Source: Cercozoa sp. M6MM | Lineage: Eukaryota; Protista; Endomyxa: Ascetosporea | Reading direction: 5' to 3' (one strand) | NCBI GenBank assembly: GCA_040357565.1 | Contig: JBDODJ010000105.1 | DNA: 39,286 nt | Shown here: piece by piece, positions 12,766-24,852 of the stretch | Numbering within the stretch: the first letter of the stretch is position 1 | Layout of the letters: every line of letters begins with the position of its first letter | Program-made: the position numbers and the translations under genes | The notes under the pieces: generated by a model | What the model was told of the DNA's origin: nothing | What the model saw: only the letters and a program-made list of their open reading frames with translations | Databases searched by the model: none

Positions 12766-12802
<37 letters not shown>

Positions 12803-13484
12803 TACATGTCGTAGTTAACACACGTTGCACAAGGCGGCAAAGCAGTCGTCGTCGTCGTCGTCGCTCGAGTCGCGCATCGTGTCGACTCGTGGCACAGGTG
12901 CAGCAGGCACAGGTACAGGCACAGCAGGCACAGAGGACACAGCAGACACAGTCGACACAGGTGCAGGTGCGACCCGTGTGACAGTGACCGGTCGCGTCGA
13001 CGCGGGTACCCTGTGCACAGGTGCCCTTGGCACCGACACCACCGGGATGATGACACGTGCCACCTGTGTCGCCTGCGGAGGGGTCACCTTGGCTACCCGC
13101 GGAGGGGTCGCCTGCGGAGGGGCCATCTTGGCTAACCGCGGAGGAGTCACCTGCGGAGCAGTCACCTTGGCTAACCGCGGAGGAGTCACCTGGGTAGTCA
13201 TCTGGGCAGTCACCGGGGCAGTCACCTGGATGGCTACCTGCGGAGGGACCGACACCGTCGGTTTGACCGACACGCGGAGTGACGGCGACTTTGGAACAGC
13301 GACGACGGTTGTGGGCGGTTTCTTCTCGGGCACCATTGATCTGACGGTTGGTTTGGGTGCTGCGACGGTTACTTTGGAAGGGGGNNNNNNNNNNNNNNNN
13401 NNNNNNNNNNNNNNNNNNNNNNNNNNNNNNNNNNNNNNNNNNNNNNNNNNNNNNNNNNNNNNNNNNNNNNNNNNNNNNNNNNNN

Positions 13485-13550
<66 letters not shown>

Positions 13551-14681
13551 TCCGTCTAGTGGTCCTCGTAGCCTGCTAGACACAAGAAGCACAGGTACCT
13601 CCTGGATGGAAGGCAGCGGCGGCATCGTCGGCGGCAGCGGCGGCGGCACCAGCCGACTCGCTTTCGACAGCGTGGTTGGCGGCGTGTAGTTGCGTCGCTT
13701 GGACGGCGTTCGAGGTGCCGTCGGCTGTTTGAGCTCCGTGTGGTTCTGTGCCACGTATTCGCCGTACCTCGCCGGCCCCGCCCGGGCGGCCCCCACTTAT
13801 CCCTTCCCAGATACCATGAGAGTCTTGACGTCCGAGGTGAGCGCAAAAGACGGCAAGTCGAGAATGCCGAGACTGGCCAAACGCTTGGCTGCCTCGAGAC
13901 ACTGCGCACACCAGAAAGGTTGTTGGTAGTCAACACAAAAACACAACAAGGCAGAAGGAAGGTTACTTGAGCACCAGTGCGGTGTGCAAAGTGGAGACTC
14001 CAAAGGCCCCACTGGAAGTCGTACGACTCCACCGGCCGCTCATCCAGCAGACGCACGAGTCGGCGTAGCTCAGCACGCGACCAGTCTTCCTTTCGCGCCG
14101 TGTCACCCGGAGGGCACTGCTTCATGTCTATACAGGGTAAGGGCAGGTGAAAAGGGACAAGGGATAGAGGGTAGGGTACAGTGTGCATTGAGCTTGTCGG
14201 TAGTAGCGACGTGACTCGCGTGCTTTGGAGGCGCTCGCGCACGCGCAGGCAGCGAAACAACTTTCGCTAGCGACGAGCGCGAATCGTACTTCTTTCGCCA
14301 CCTACAAACAACCGGGAGATACCATTGAGGGGGTGCGATTGGGGGGGGGGGGGGCAACTACCACAGTTCGGCATTGGCAGTACGCACGTCTTCGAGGCTT
14401 CTGACTGCGAGTTCCACGTCATTGTCTGAGTCACTGCTGCTTTCGCTGTCACTGTACACGAAACGCGCCTGCCGCACGTGCGACGACGGCGTTTCTCCTG
14501 CAGGAACATCAAGACTCAAGGTCTGCTTCACCGACTCTTTCGCGAGCTCGTGTTCCTCGCGTTTCGACGCTCCTGCACTGTCCTGAGCTGCCGATATGGC
14601 TTGCTTCTTGTGCCGTGTGCGTGTCTGGCCTTGCGCCGGCGGCAAACGCGACGATGGCGTCTTAATTCGCAACACTTGCAT
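12417..14681 (-). CDS. Myb/SANT-domain protein with long Pro/Thr/Val-rich low-complexity C-terminal region; spans assembly gap
   Basis: KEDWSRAELRRLVRLLDERPVESYDFQWGLWSLHFAHRTGAQ|CLEAAKRL fits the Myb-like W...W...R...QC pattern. It is flanked by acidic and P/T-rich exons. Confidence 0.6.
13060..13250 (-). repeat. Coding ~39-nt tandem repeat (VTPPRLAKVTAPQ-type units) in Myb/SANT gene
   Basis: Recurrent + strand cacctgcggagg / ggctaaccgcggagga blocks; translation VTPPRLAKVTAPQVTPPRLAKMAPPQATPPRVAKVTPPQAT. Confidence 0.85.
13385..13484. other. Assembly gap (100 N)
   Basis: Run of n followed by (CA)n. Confidence 0.99.
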
Positions 14682-15072
14682 CGGTCAATGGATTTCAAGG
14701 GGTCCCAGATCGTTCTCACGCGCGTTTGGCGCACGCCAGCCACCTCTGTCGCCACGAAACACCTGTTTAAGCCAGTTTAGCAGGTTAGCAGCGCACGGGA
14801 ATGCCCAGAGCAGCTGTTCTTGCCAAAACAAAAGTCAAGTTGAGACCACCTGCGATTATTCCATGTTTCAAGTAGTCGATTAATTCTGGTTTTTATTTTT
14901 GCGCAAAAACCCGAACCAACAGAACTGCGAGCTCGAAACAGTCTTGGTTATAACCCAACTGGCTCGTTTGGAGATACAGCAAAGTGCTAGCAGTTCACTG
15001 ACGCCAGGATAAGACGCCAAAGTGGAGCAAGCAAATGACCAGTGTATCAAAAATCTTCAGGGCTTCGATAAC

Positions 15073-15873
15073 ATGCAAATCCTGTCACGGATTTTTGCAC
15101 ATCAGGTGCCTTTCAAGTTGCTTCATGAAGCTCGGAGTATCGCTTTAGAAAGCGACGAGCACCTGGACACTGCACGACGCATCGGACGCATTGGTACAGT
15201 CAAAAGATACGGTGTATATTTGCTGAAACTGACAATTAGTGTATGCTATCGCTTTCGGTGCAGTTGCGTTCGCAGTCGGTATGACTCGATGCACCGAAAA
15301 GGCGTTTGACTGGTTCTGCGAGAACCAGCTGCGCACAGGAGACGTCGTTATCCTAGTGCACGCAATGCCGAATGTGATAAGCCAGGTATCAGCTATTCCT
15401 CTCGTGGAAACTGATACACAGACACTTATTCTACACTGGCTGTACAGCTGGCAGCAGCGTCACCCGAGACACAGCAGAAGGTTGTGCAAGCCGAGCAGTA
15501 CTCGCTGCAGCACGCGCAGTCAAAGCTGCAGCACTATGCCGATCGTATCGAGAAACACGCCATTGCGAACTGCTACGCTGTGCAACGCATCCTGGCAGGA
15601 GAAGCACGCGCTGTTATCGTCGCCGAGTGCGAGCATTGGAAGGTCGATCTTCTGGTCATGGGTTCGCATGGACAAGGACTGCTTGGCTCCGTATGTTGCA
15701 GAACTACCCTACCCTGTCTTTTGGAACTGTTGTGTACTGTTTGTGCATTACAGACCAGTGACTTTTGCGCGCACTACGCTCCGTGCCCGCTGCTGATTTC
15801 GCGCAGTGCCGAGTCGGTGCACTCTTCGACTTCGAGTGGCCTGGCCGAGCGCTCAGGCAGCGAGCTGTACTAG
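15073..15873 (+). CDS. Universal stress protein (USP/UspA domain)
   Basis: RY|VAFAVGMTRCTEKAFDWFCENQLRTGDVVILVHA...GEARAVIVAECEHWKVDLLVMGSHGQGLLGS|TSDFCAHYAPCPLLI. Contains the USP hallmark DLLVMGS.G...LGS.S......CP. Confidence 0.92.
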
Positions 15874-16742
15874 CTTCGTCACCGATTTTGCGCCGGATCC
15901 GTCCACGTCGCTGGACCCGGATCAGTTCCGTTGTTGGTCCGGGTCCGGTCTGTAGCTACTTGCACTCGAGCTCGGAACTGAACCTAAATCGGGTATGGCG
16001 GGGTTTTTCGAGGCAAGATCAGAATCAAATCGTCATTTCCACAGCGCCAGATTTCAACTGAAAAACGCGATTTAAGCGGCATTTAAACTTAAGCCTCACA
16101 AAGGTTCTGATTTGTGTTTAGATCGCCTTACAGCAAGAGACCTGCCTAAACCTATCGTACTCTCCGCTAGGCAACCTTAACCTAAATTTAGATGGTCGGT
16201 AAATGACGATTCGAATGGCGTGGAGGCAGCTAAAAATAATGTCAGCAGGCTGATCAGTTCGTCGACTTAAAGCAAAAAGAGCTAAATTAAGAGTTTGTGG
16301 CCCTGCGATTGAGCCCGCCAGTTGGCAAAAGAGAAAGCCTCATCTACTTGGCATTACTTGATAGAAGGGGTTTTTTGTCTTTTTTACGGACGATTCCGTC
16401 TACGACTCCGTCTAGTTTGACGTAAGAACCCAGTTCGGGTAATTCTTCACTTCGCTTCTTCTACTTGACGACTTACTTCTTTAATTAGTACGTTTTCACT
16501 GACAAACGTCAGTACCATGTTACCGCTCTCAGATATGGATTAGGCCTTGGTAGATTCCCCAAGTGGGGAATCCTCCCCTGTCGTGAGCCCGTTAAAAAAA
16601 AAAAACTGGAGCCTGGACAAGTGTAGTGGTTGTCTAGGCATCGCTGAACTGGACAAGTGTAGTGGTTTGTCAAATTCTCATGTTTTTCAACGGCCGGCTC
16701 GGCGCAACTTCAACGGCACAACGAACCCGGAACTGACTGAAC

Positions 16743-17612
16743 TCAGATTTCACTCGAAAGAGGTGAGGCAAAGAACTGCGATGGTGCGACAAACTTGGCG
16801 AACGCGAACAAAACACCACTGCTCATACATAGCACTCGTGGGTAAACGCCAAGACAGGTAGATTGACAGGTAGATAGATATAGAGACAGATAGAGAGATA
16901 GACTGGCGGATAATAGTACTGCACGTAGCATTCAGTGCGCGGCAGTTCTCCCTTGGTAACAAGACCCATCATGCCGAGATTGCTGCGAACGTCCTGCAGT
17001 CCCGACAGGTCATCCATCACCTCGCACAGTTCCTCGCCTCCGCGCAGTCGTTCGACAATGTGCTCGCTCACTTCGACACGCGCCGACGTCCCCACGCCTG
17101 AGAGCGAATGTTATGTGCATGGTTTGGCGTACATTCGCAGCGAGGTGTACCAACACGTCCGTCGCGATGTAAGACTACGACGTAGCCTGACTCGAACCAC
17201 GTGTCGCCAAGCTGTTCCAAGCCACCCTCAATACCGACGCCAAAGTCTGCGTCCGCACAGGATGCCAGCGCTGCCGCTGCCCTCGCCTTTGCACCTGCAT
17301 TTTCACAATATAGAATCAAACAGACTTCACAAAAAAGGTGTCTTACCCTGGTAGGTTTCTTCGGCGCTCATCGGTTGATCCGACACATTTGAGGACACGG
17401 ATCTATACAGATTGCATTTCTCAACTTAATGTGCATAATGGGGAAAGTACACACCGCTGACGTCATGCTTAATATCGGTGCCACTACACACAGAAGATAG
17501 GCATTGCTGCAAAAAAGAAGAGGACAGTGGTGTCAAAGTACAAGTAGCGTTCCACGACTTGTCGAACTGAGGCCACCTTCGTGGGGTTTTCGCTACCGAC
17601 CAAGACTTTCAT
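16743..17612 (-). CDS. yjjX: Non-canonical purine NTP phosphatase (inosine/xanthosine triphosphatase, YjjX/DUF84 family)
   Basis: Six exons give MKVLVGSENPTKVASVRQV...VSSNVSDQPMSAEETYQGAKARA...ADFGVGIEGGL...GTSARVEV...GEELCEVMDDLSG...SNLGMMGLVTKGELPRTECYVHGVLFAF. All YjjX motifs (GS.NP.K, QP...EET..GA..RA, GIEGG, G.EL...M) are present. Confidence 0.9.
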
Positions 17613-17828
17613 TCCGCCGTGAGTGCTTTTTCTGTCTGAGGTCCAAAGATAAGATCTCAGCGGAAACAGTCAAGCAAAATAGCAGCACACTGCTAGACAC
17701 AGCGATCTCATCAGACTGTGCACTATGCAAGCGCGTAATTTCTGGATCGAATTTTCCTTTACCGGCTCAAAAGAACCCTGCACTCGCAAAGCAATTTGTT
17801 GCTGTATGTGCAGTGTCGTGTTAATACC

Positions 17829-18559
17829 ATGGCAAACTACGTAGACGCTCCGATAGCAGTTTTGACACCAGGACGACAACTGCAGAGTAGATTTTTGCAA
17901 GTCGCTGAGAACAAGCTAGCCTGTGAGATCCAAGCTGCCCACCAGGCATGTAGTCTACTTCCTCGATTCCCTTCCGTTACCTTCTTCAGTTTTTAGGTTC
18001 CCAAGATCGGCTTGGCACTACTCGCAGATGTGATCCCACCAGGCCACGGAGTCGCCATCTTCTATTCAACTCCTCCTACATTCGATCAGTGGCAGTTCAT
18101 GCTGCCACTGACACGAGGTAGAATCTTCGAAAACTTGTTTGGTAATGTATAAATGTGTGTCTTGCTGAGGAGTGTTTCTGGCAGACAGTCCATCACAAAT
18201 CGTTTCTGCTCCGTGGCTGGCAAAGGGCGAGCTACCCCGCTCCGACAACAACAATAACATCGTGATCGGCTGCAGCATCGAACCCGAAAGCACGCTCGCT
18301 GACATGGTTGCGCAGAACGCGCGACAACAGTACTTTCTCGCTTCCTCGATCGATACCTTTGATGCCAGTGTTTCAAACATTGTTCTCCAGGGAAGAGTCG
18401 GCGGCGCAATTGGCCATTCGCGTGGCAGAGAATTTGTTCCAGTTCTTGCGAAGTTTCGAGTCGTCGGAAGGCTACATCACGGTGCCTACCGACATTGTCG
18501 ACCGGTGGCTCAACAAGTTCCGTCGTCGGTATTTACAAGACGCAAGCTTCATGAAGTGA
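17829..18559 (+). CDS. HIKESHI: Hikeshi/OPI10-family Hsp70 nuclear import carrier
   Basis: MANYVDAPIAVLTPGRQLQSRF...IPPGHGVAIFYSTPPTFDQWQF...DSPSQIV...IVIGCSIEP...LAIRVAENLFQFLRSF...VPTDIVDRWLNKFRRRYLQDASFMK*, the characteristic Hikeshi motifs. The first intron needs a GC donor. Confidence 0.88.
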
Positions 18560-18782
18560 CTGAGCCTGTGTCGTCGCGCTGCGTGTCCGGTCTTCAGCGC
18601 ACCTGGGGCGATTTCCTGGCGTAGCTCCCTACTGTAATTAACCACAGTACAAGTACTGCTGATTGTAAACGTTAAATCGCATCGAAACAATGCATGCGTG
18701 TCACCGATATCCTGTCAGTGAAGGCAGTTTCAGTTCGCCAAGAACCGAACTGAATCAAGCTACAGTACAGAACGGAACTGAA

Positions 18783-20729
18783 TCAAAATATATCTCTAAC
18801 CGCTTGGGCATAGTGATGACGCTTAGAACGGCTTGTGGGTGACTTGACCACCCTCAGTTGCTCCTGTATTAGAGTGGACGGATCAAACGAAACCAAAGCA
18901 CCTCGCCCACTAGCTGTCAGTGCCTCCGATCGCTTCATCAGTGAAATTCGATAGAAAATGTCGGTTGGTTTGATACGATGATATTACTTGAGACGCTTTT
19001 GACCTAATTTCAGGGACACAAAAGTTTCGATCTACAATCGACTTGGTATGTGCGTGGGTCACCTGATATAGACTTACCATGACAGGGTAGTTGAGTTGCA
19101 GGTAATTCAGCAACTCAGTTTCAAAGGTGTCTTTCCATGCTGCACATTCAAACAGGCATATAAATTCAAGACACTGAACTGCAAGCACCTTGGGAAAATG
19201 GGTTTACATGGACAAATCTGCGTCAAGGCCAACAACACGTCGTTGCTGAACCACTTGTGTAAATGGTGAGGCATGAGATCTGTTGGCGAGTACCAGGAAG
19301 TCAGTCGAACAGCGACTTTGCAGGAGCGAGGTGCGCGAGCGTGCTGTGTCAGCACTTGACTCGCCACGACCTGCAGCAGCGTTGTCACCAGTGTTCTCTT
19401 GTCTGGATACAAAGTTCACTAGTGCTCCTCAGTGTCTGGTTTCAAACAAAGTAAAGGAATCTTCCTACCAAAGACGTCGTTTTCGAGGTGCGACTGCTGC
19501 AGCAGTTGTCGCGAGTGTTCGGTGTCGTGAAAGTCCTGCTCCACTTTGCAAGGACCCAACAATAATTCAGAAGCTGAAAGTAAACTACCATCACAGCAAA
19601 CCCAACTCGATGGGCAAAGGGCGCATTTCCCAGAAGATAATGCAAGTGCATTCGCAGCTCCTTTGAGCATACGAAAAGGTATATTATAAACACATGTCGT
19701 ACAAGCACCTCAACCAATACCTTCATGGTGCACTTTCGGAGTAGGGCCTGGGAGTAGCACAATTTTACGACTTCGGCGGAAGTCTCGTCGAATAGGACAC
19801 GTGTGCTGCTTTCGTCAAGCAATGTCTCGATTCTGCTGAGAACAAACACGCATAAAATGCCGACAGCCGACCGTGCTGAACGCACAACTCAAAGGGAATG
19901 CAGCGCTCGATGCGCACACAAGGTGCCGAGTGATCGCACTTGTATTGCGATCCAAACACTGTCAATCCGAGTTGTTTGTCATCTGAGAGTAATTGCAAAC
20001 ACGTGTATAATACAGCGGACATGCAAACACTTGAATACCGAGCAGCGAGTCGGAGGAGAAGAACTCTTCAATCGTCAGTCCAGCTTGTGGCAGTTCGAGC
20101 GCCACATCTCGCTGTTTCGACAAAAAACACAATAAAACTTGACATCTTGCTTCAAATGCGTCTGTACCTTTTGGACTGTGTGATCTGCACCGGCAGCACT
20201 GCTGCCGCTGTCGTCTTCCTGCAAATGCAAAAGCAAAAGTCACTTCAGTTCGCGAAAAAGTGCCTGTGAACTACAATAGTAGACAAAGCACCAGCGATGC
20301 CATTTTGAAGCAAATTGATGCCTAAACACCATTTTCTCGGCCGGGGCACGTTCTTATTTCTAAGGTGGTGCCAAATCGACAAAATTCACAAGTAAATTGA
20401 TTGATACATTGTGGTTGATCGGCTTGGACTTGGAGGTCCATAGACAGGTCAATGATGATATGCTTAAGTAAACGCTGACTTTCCACGTCCTGCCGCAGCA
20501 CCTGGCCGATCAAGCAACCCAGTTCGAAACAACAGACGACCGGCCCAATGTGATTGCAGATTGTCGTGCTCTCGATCAAGATATCAAGGTGCAGTGGTCT
20601 CCTGTGCTGGACAGTCCATCTCCACCCTTGAAATTCACTGTGTGCTACCAGTAGTGCACCTAATCAGATCAGGTAAGCAACCTGGTCCCGGAGACTTGAA
20701 GTTTGACCCAGGTTTTTTGTAAGCATCAT
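18783..20729 (-). CDS. Hypothetical helical (possibly HEAT/ARM-like) protein; multi-exon, boundaries approximate
   Basis: Series of Leu-rich open exons on the - strand (VLRQDVESQRLLKHIIIDL, LTIEEFFSSDSLLGIQ, RIETLLDESSTRVLFDETSAEVVKLCYSQALLRK, WKDTFETELLNYLQLNYP) separated by GT-AG introns. No family recognised. Confidence 0.5.
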
Positions 20730-20743
20730 TTTGCACACAGAAA

Positions 20744-22806
20744 ATGAGTGCCCAACCCGCAGTTCAGCTTTTGCCTCCCGGTATGTTGGCGTGCATGCCC
20801 TGTATCACTTATTGAGGTGGGCATACGTTTACCTACATGCATGTAGGCGGTTGCGAGACCGCCAACTGCCAAGTCGTGGTGACCATCCATGCTGCCAACA
20901 ACCTCAAGGGTACAGTTTGCCGCAAGTGTGCCAAAGTCACCTGTGTTACTCTTGCAATTAGTGTAGCCATGGACAAGGGCGGCACGAGCGATCCGTAACT
21001 TTCTGTTTTCTTCTGTCTGGTCGTAGCTGATAACTGAATCGAATGAAGGTTTGACCTGTCTTGTGGTGTGCAGGTACGTCCGTCTGCTGGTGCAGAACCG
21101 CAACACGACGACAAAAAGCAAGCAGGTCGCCAAGAGCGAGGTCTACAAGAAGACGCTGGACTGCACGCCGAACCTGGTGCCATCTGAATGTTGAGTACAT
21201 TTAACCCGGATTGGTTTAATTGATTGCTGGCTGTTCGGAGCACAGCGCGCTGAATGTCCTTTCGACACGCTCGCCAGTCTGCGCATGCACAGTGCGTGCA
21301 TCGATGTGTTCGACTGGGACCGCATGGGCAGTCACGACCTTATCGGTTCGGTGGAGATTCCGCTCTCGAACCGCGGTTTCGGCAAGCGTCGTTTCGACCT
21401 GAGCAACGGCGGTGGTACATACCGGGTTTCCTTTGTGTCTTGTGTTCCTTTCTGTCCTATGTTCTTATGGTGGCTAATGTTTCGATGGTCGTTGCAGGCA
21501 ATGTGACGGTGTCGCTGGAGTTCCGTGCACTCACCAATGTACCCTCTTGTGCTGTGCTGTGTCAGTCTGTATGGTGCGGTACTGTATCTGGGGGCTGTAG
21601 GACATGTCCAAACTGTTTGCTGCGCCGACTCCGATGTAGCCAACTTTGCCTCCTCGTCTCTCTTTTAACTTGTTCTACTCTGCAAACATAGTCCGCTGGT
21701 GTCATCGGCGCTGAGCACGGAAGGTGCCGCCACTGCGACGCAGGTATCTCACCAGTTGGTGCATGTTGCATGTGTAGCCAAGTATACGAGTGACTCGCAG
21801 GTGCTGCTGGACGTGCACTCGGGCAGTTTCTCCGGTCGCCAGGATCCCTACTTCCGCGTGCGTCTACTGGATGCCTACAGCATGGCACTCGCCGAATACG
21901 TACGTTGGGTTTTGTACTGTCTGTATTGATATGTGTATGATTATGTGCCATATATCCTACCTCTTCCCCGTTTATAGGCATCCACACCGGCCAAGAAGGT
22001 CGACAGCAGCGTGTCTTTCCTGACGCGTCTCGCCATTCCCATCAGCGACTTCAACGCCGCCAATGCTGTCTCTATCGAGGTGTGTGTGTCCACTTGTTAC
22101 TCCCCCCTGTTAATTCTTTAGCCCCTCCCTTGTTTATCCAGTTGACAATGTTTGATTACGACCGTACCAGTGCGGATGATGTGCTGTGCCAAGGCACGCT
22201 GTCGCTGTCGCAGGCACTCAACCAGTCGGCCGGTTCTATTGTGCAGCACACCATCACTGGTACACGCACGCACACATATGCATGCACATGCACGTGCACA
22301 TGCACACGCAAGTAGGTGGGTCCAACCACTTGTACGTGAGTCTGCAAAAACGCCTCAGCGGCGCCTCGTCGCCGACGCTGCGTTTGCGCGCCAATGTGCT
22401 GTCGAAACTGCAGGCAGTTCAGTCTATGCTGGTACCTGTCTTGTGCACTAATGGACCGAAATTGTACCTAATACTGATATTACATGGATGTGCTAGTTGA
22501 CTGACCTGATGCCGACCTGCGTGCTGTTCACTGTCAACACGATGGTTCGCGTGGTACCTCAGCCTCCGATGTCTGTTGTTGACTGAGTCAGTTGATGTCT
22601 CGTCTCAAAAGGGCGACTGCGAGCTGAGTGCCTACATCAAGGCACAAGAACTCTTCGACGCCAACAAGAACGTCTCTGTCGTTGCACAGGAGGCGCATAC
22701 CTACCTGAGTATCTTTCATTGCACACACACACCACACACGCACATACACACACACACACACATACACACACACATACACACGCGCATATATATATATATA
22801 TATATG

Positions 22807-22843
<37 letters not shown>

Positions 22844-23351
22844 TATGTATAAGTTGATATGGTTTGTGTGCAGCTAATGCCCTGCAAACCCCTCTCTCTG
22901 TCGAGGAGGAAAAATACCTGTTCAGTTCGTCGTATGAGGTGCCGCACTGTTCACTTGGGAGGAATAACCTTGTCCATCTTGTGAGTTCGCTAGTCGCTCG
23001 AGGGTATGGCGTACTTTGGCGAGGCAATCCAACAGCTGCGCCGCCAGCTCTCCGTCGTGCTGGCCGAACGCGTATTCCTTCTACCCCCCTCCGCCTGCCC
23101 TTTCCCTACCTCTGTTGTCGTTAGAACTGGCTCGTAACCACGCTCCGCGAGATGCAGTCCGCAGGCCTCGGAGCCCTGTCCTTCCCGGACGGTGAGTCCC
23201 TGTGTAAGCCTGTATGTGTGTATGTATGTGTGTGTGTATGTGTGTAGTGATGGCTGAGAAGTGCAAGCGCGTCAAGCTTTCTCTTGAGATCGGGCCGCTC
23301 GCGGTAGTGTCGACGATTAACCTGCCGCTGCCCGAGCTTGCCATGCACTAG
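20744..23351 (+). CDS. Tandem C2-domain (Ca2+/phospholipid-binding) protein
   Basis: C2 #1: VTIHAANNLKAMDKGGTSDPYVRL...VYKKTLDC...IDVFDWDRMGSHDLIGSVEIPL. C2 #2: QDPYFRVRL...LTMFDYDRTSADDVLCQGTLSL. Ca-binding Asp motifs are present. ATG at 20744, TAG at 23349-23351. Confidence 0.85.
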
Positions 23352-23545
23352 TCAGTAATCGCGATGCCGCTCACATGGGAAACGACATAACGGGGCCAAA
23401 TTGCCACTAATTTTGCCAGTATTATTGCAGAAATTTTCCGAAATTTACAAGGTAGTCCGAGAGACAAAAACGAAAGTGGCAATTTAAGAGGTAAGTTCAC
23501 AAGCAGTAAAATTACATCAACTCGTCGTCCGCTCTTGCCGTGCGT

Positions 23546-24785
23546 CTAGTCGTCTGTAAAATCAAGTCTCCGGGGGCGCGGACTGTCGTCGTCGGCCATT
23601 TCTGAAGCTGGTTGGCTGGCATCGATCACAACACCTTCTGTGCGAATCTTTTTGGCCCAGGACTTAAATGCGAATTTGACAGCGTCCAACTTCCTGCTTA
23701 GTGTGTGTATGTATGTGTGTATGTGTGTGTGCGTTGTTTCAAAATTAAATTTACTGAGGCTGTTTGACGAAAACGCGAATGCGGCACTCCTGGAATTTGT
23801 TGGGCCGCACGGCGCTGTACCTGCTCAAACTCAATCGTACACACACAAACTTGCATCATGTATAGGTTATGGCGACAAGGTACGACGAGCAATCGACGTG
23901 ATAGGCAGCTTTCTCTTCGTCATCGGCAATGCTGTGAAATAACACAGAAAGTTAACACACACACAGACCGAGAAATGACTGAGCCTCGGGAATCATACTC
24001 CTTGGAAAAAAAAAGGACGCTATCAACTGGATTCGCACTCTTCTTTCCGTGGTGCATTGTCTGAAAAGAAAAGTATCTAAGCAAAGGTATCGATACTAAA
24101 ACGTAGTACCAGTCTCTCGACAGCAAGGTCAGTCTTGTCGATGGGGTTAGCAGTCGCAGCCGCGGCGAGGATTGCTTCGGTGATTGCCTGTGACGGTCAG
24201 GTGATGCACGAACTACAGGCACGAAGAAAGCGATACGTACCTCTTCCTCCATTGCAAACGCAGCCTCATTCAAGACAACGAGATGTCCGACCTGCCCACA
24301 TGGGCACATTTACAAACGTAAAAAGACATCGATGCGTGTGGCGGCACACTTACCAGCTTGTAGAGGTCGCGTGCCAAAATGCGGTCGACAATTTTGCGAG
24401 CCTTGTGGGTCTAAATTTACAAAGATAAACTTAGAGATAATCGCAGAGAAAGCTCGAGATCATGGCATAACTCTTACCTCGGGTAGGCGCTGAATTTCTT
24501 CAAACACCGAGTCCTATGTGAGACATTTTCACCCACAACACATAATTTAAGGGAAACCGCACCGTGAACTGCACGTACGCAGCCATGTTGTCAACAGAGC
24601 TGGCCAACTATCAGAGCCACCATAAGTTCAGTCAGCACTGACACTCACACAGTTGAAAATATTTTACCGTGTATGATTCGCCGCCAACATAGCGCTTCAA
24701 GTTGTCGTTTGCCTAAGAGAACAAGCAGTTTCGGGATATTCTACACACACACACACATACACACACACACACATACACACACACC

Positions 24786-24852
<67 letters not shown>

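Noticed and set aside
12825-13559. Long + strand ORF (244 aa) and similar antisense ORFs (e.g. 4966-5685, 5967-6680, 36380-36976)
   Set aside because: Antisense shadows of GC-rich or low-complexity coding exons on the other strand.
16613-16667. CRISPR-like direct repeat
   Set aside because: Only two copies with a 17-nt gap, no cas genes, eukaryotic context.
22588-22947. ORFs with poly-HT, CV or YI runs
   Set aside because: Translations of intronic (CA)n/(TA)n microsatellites.
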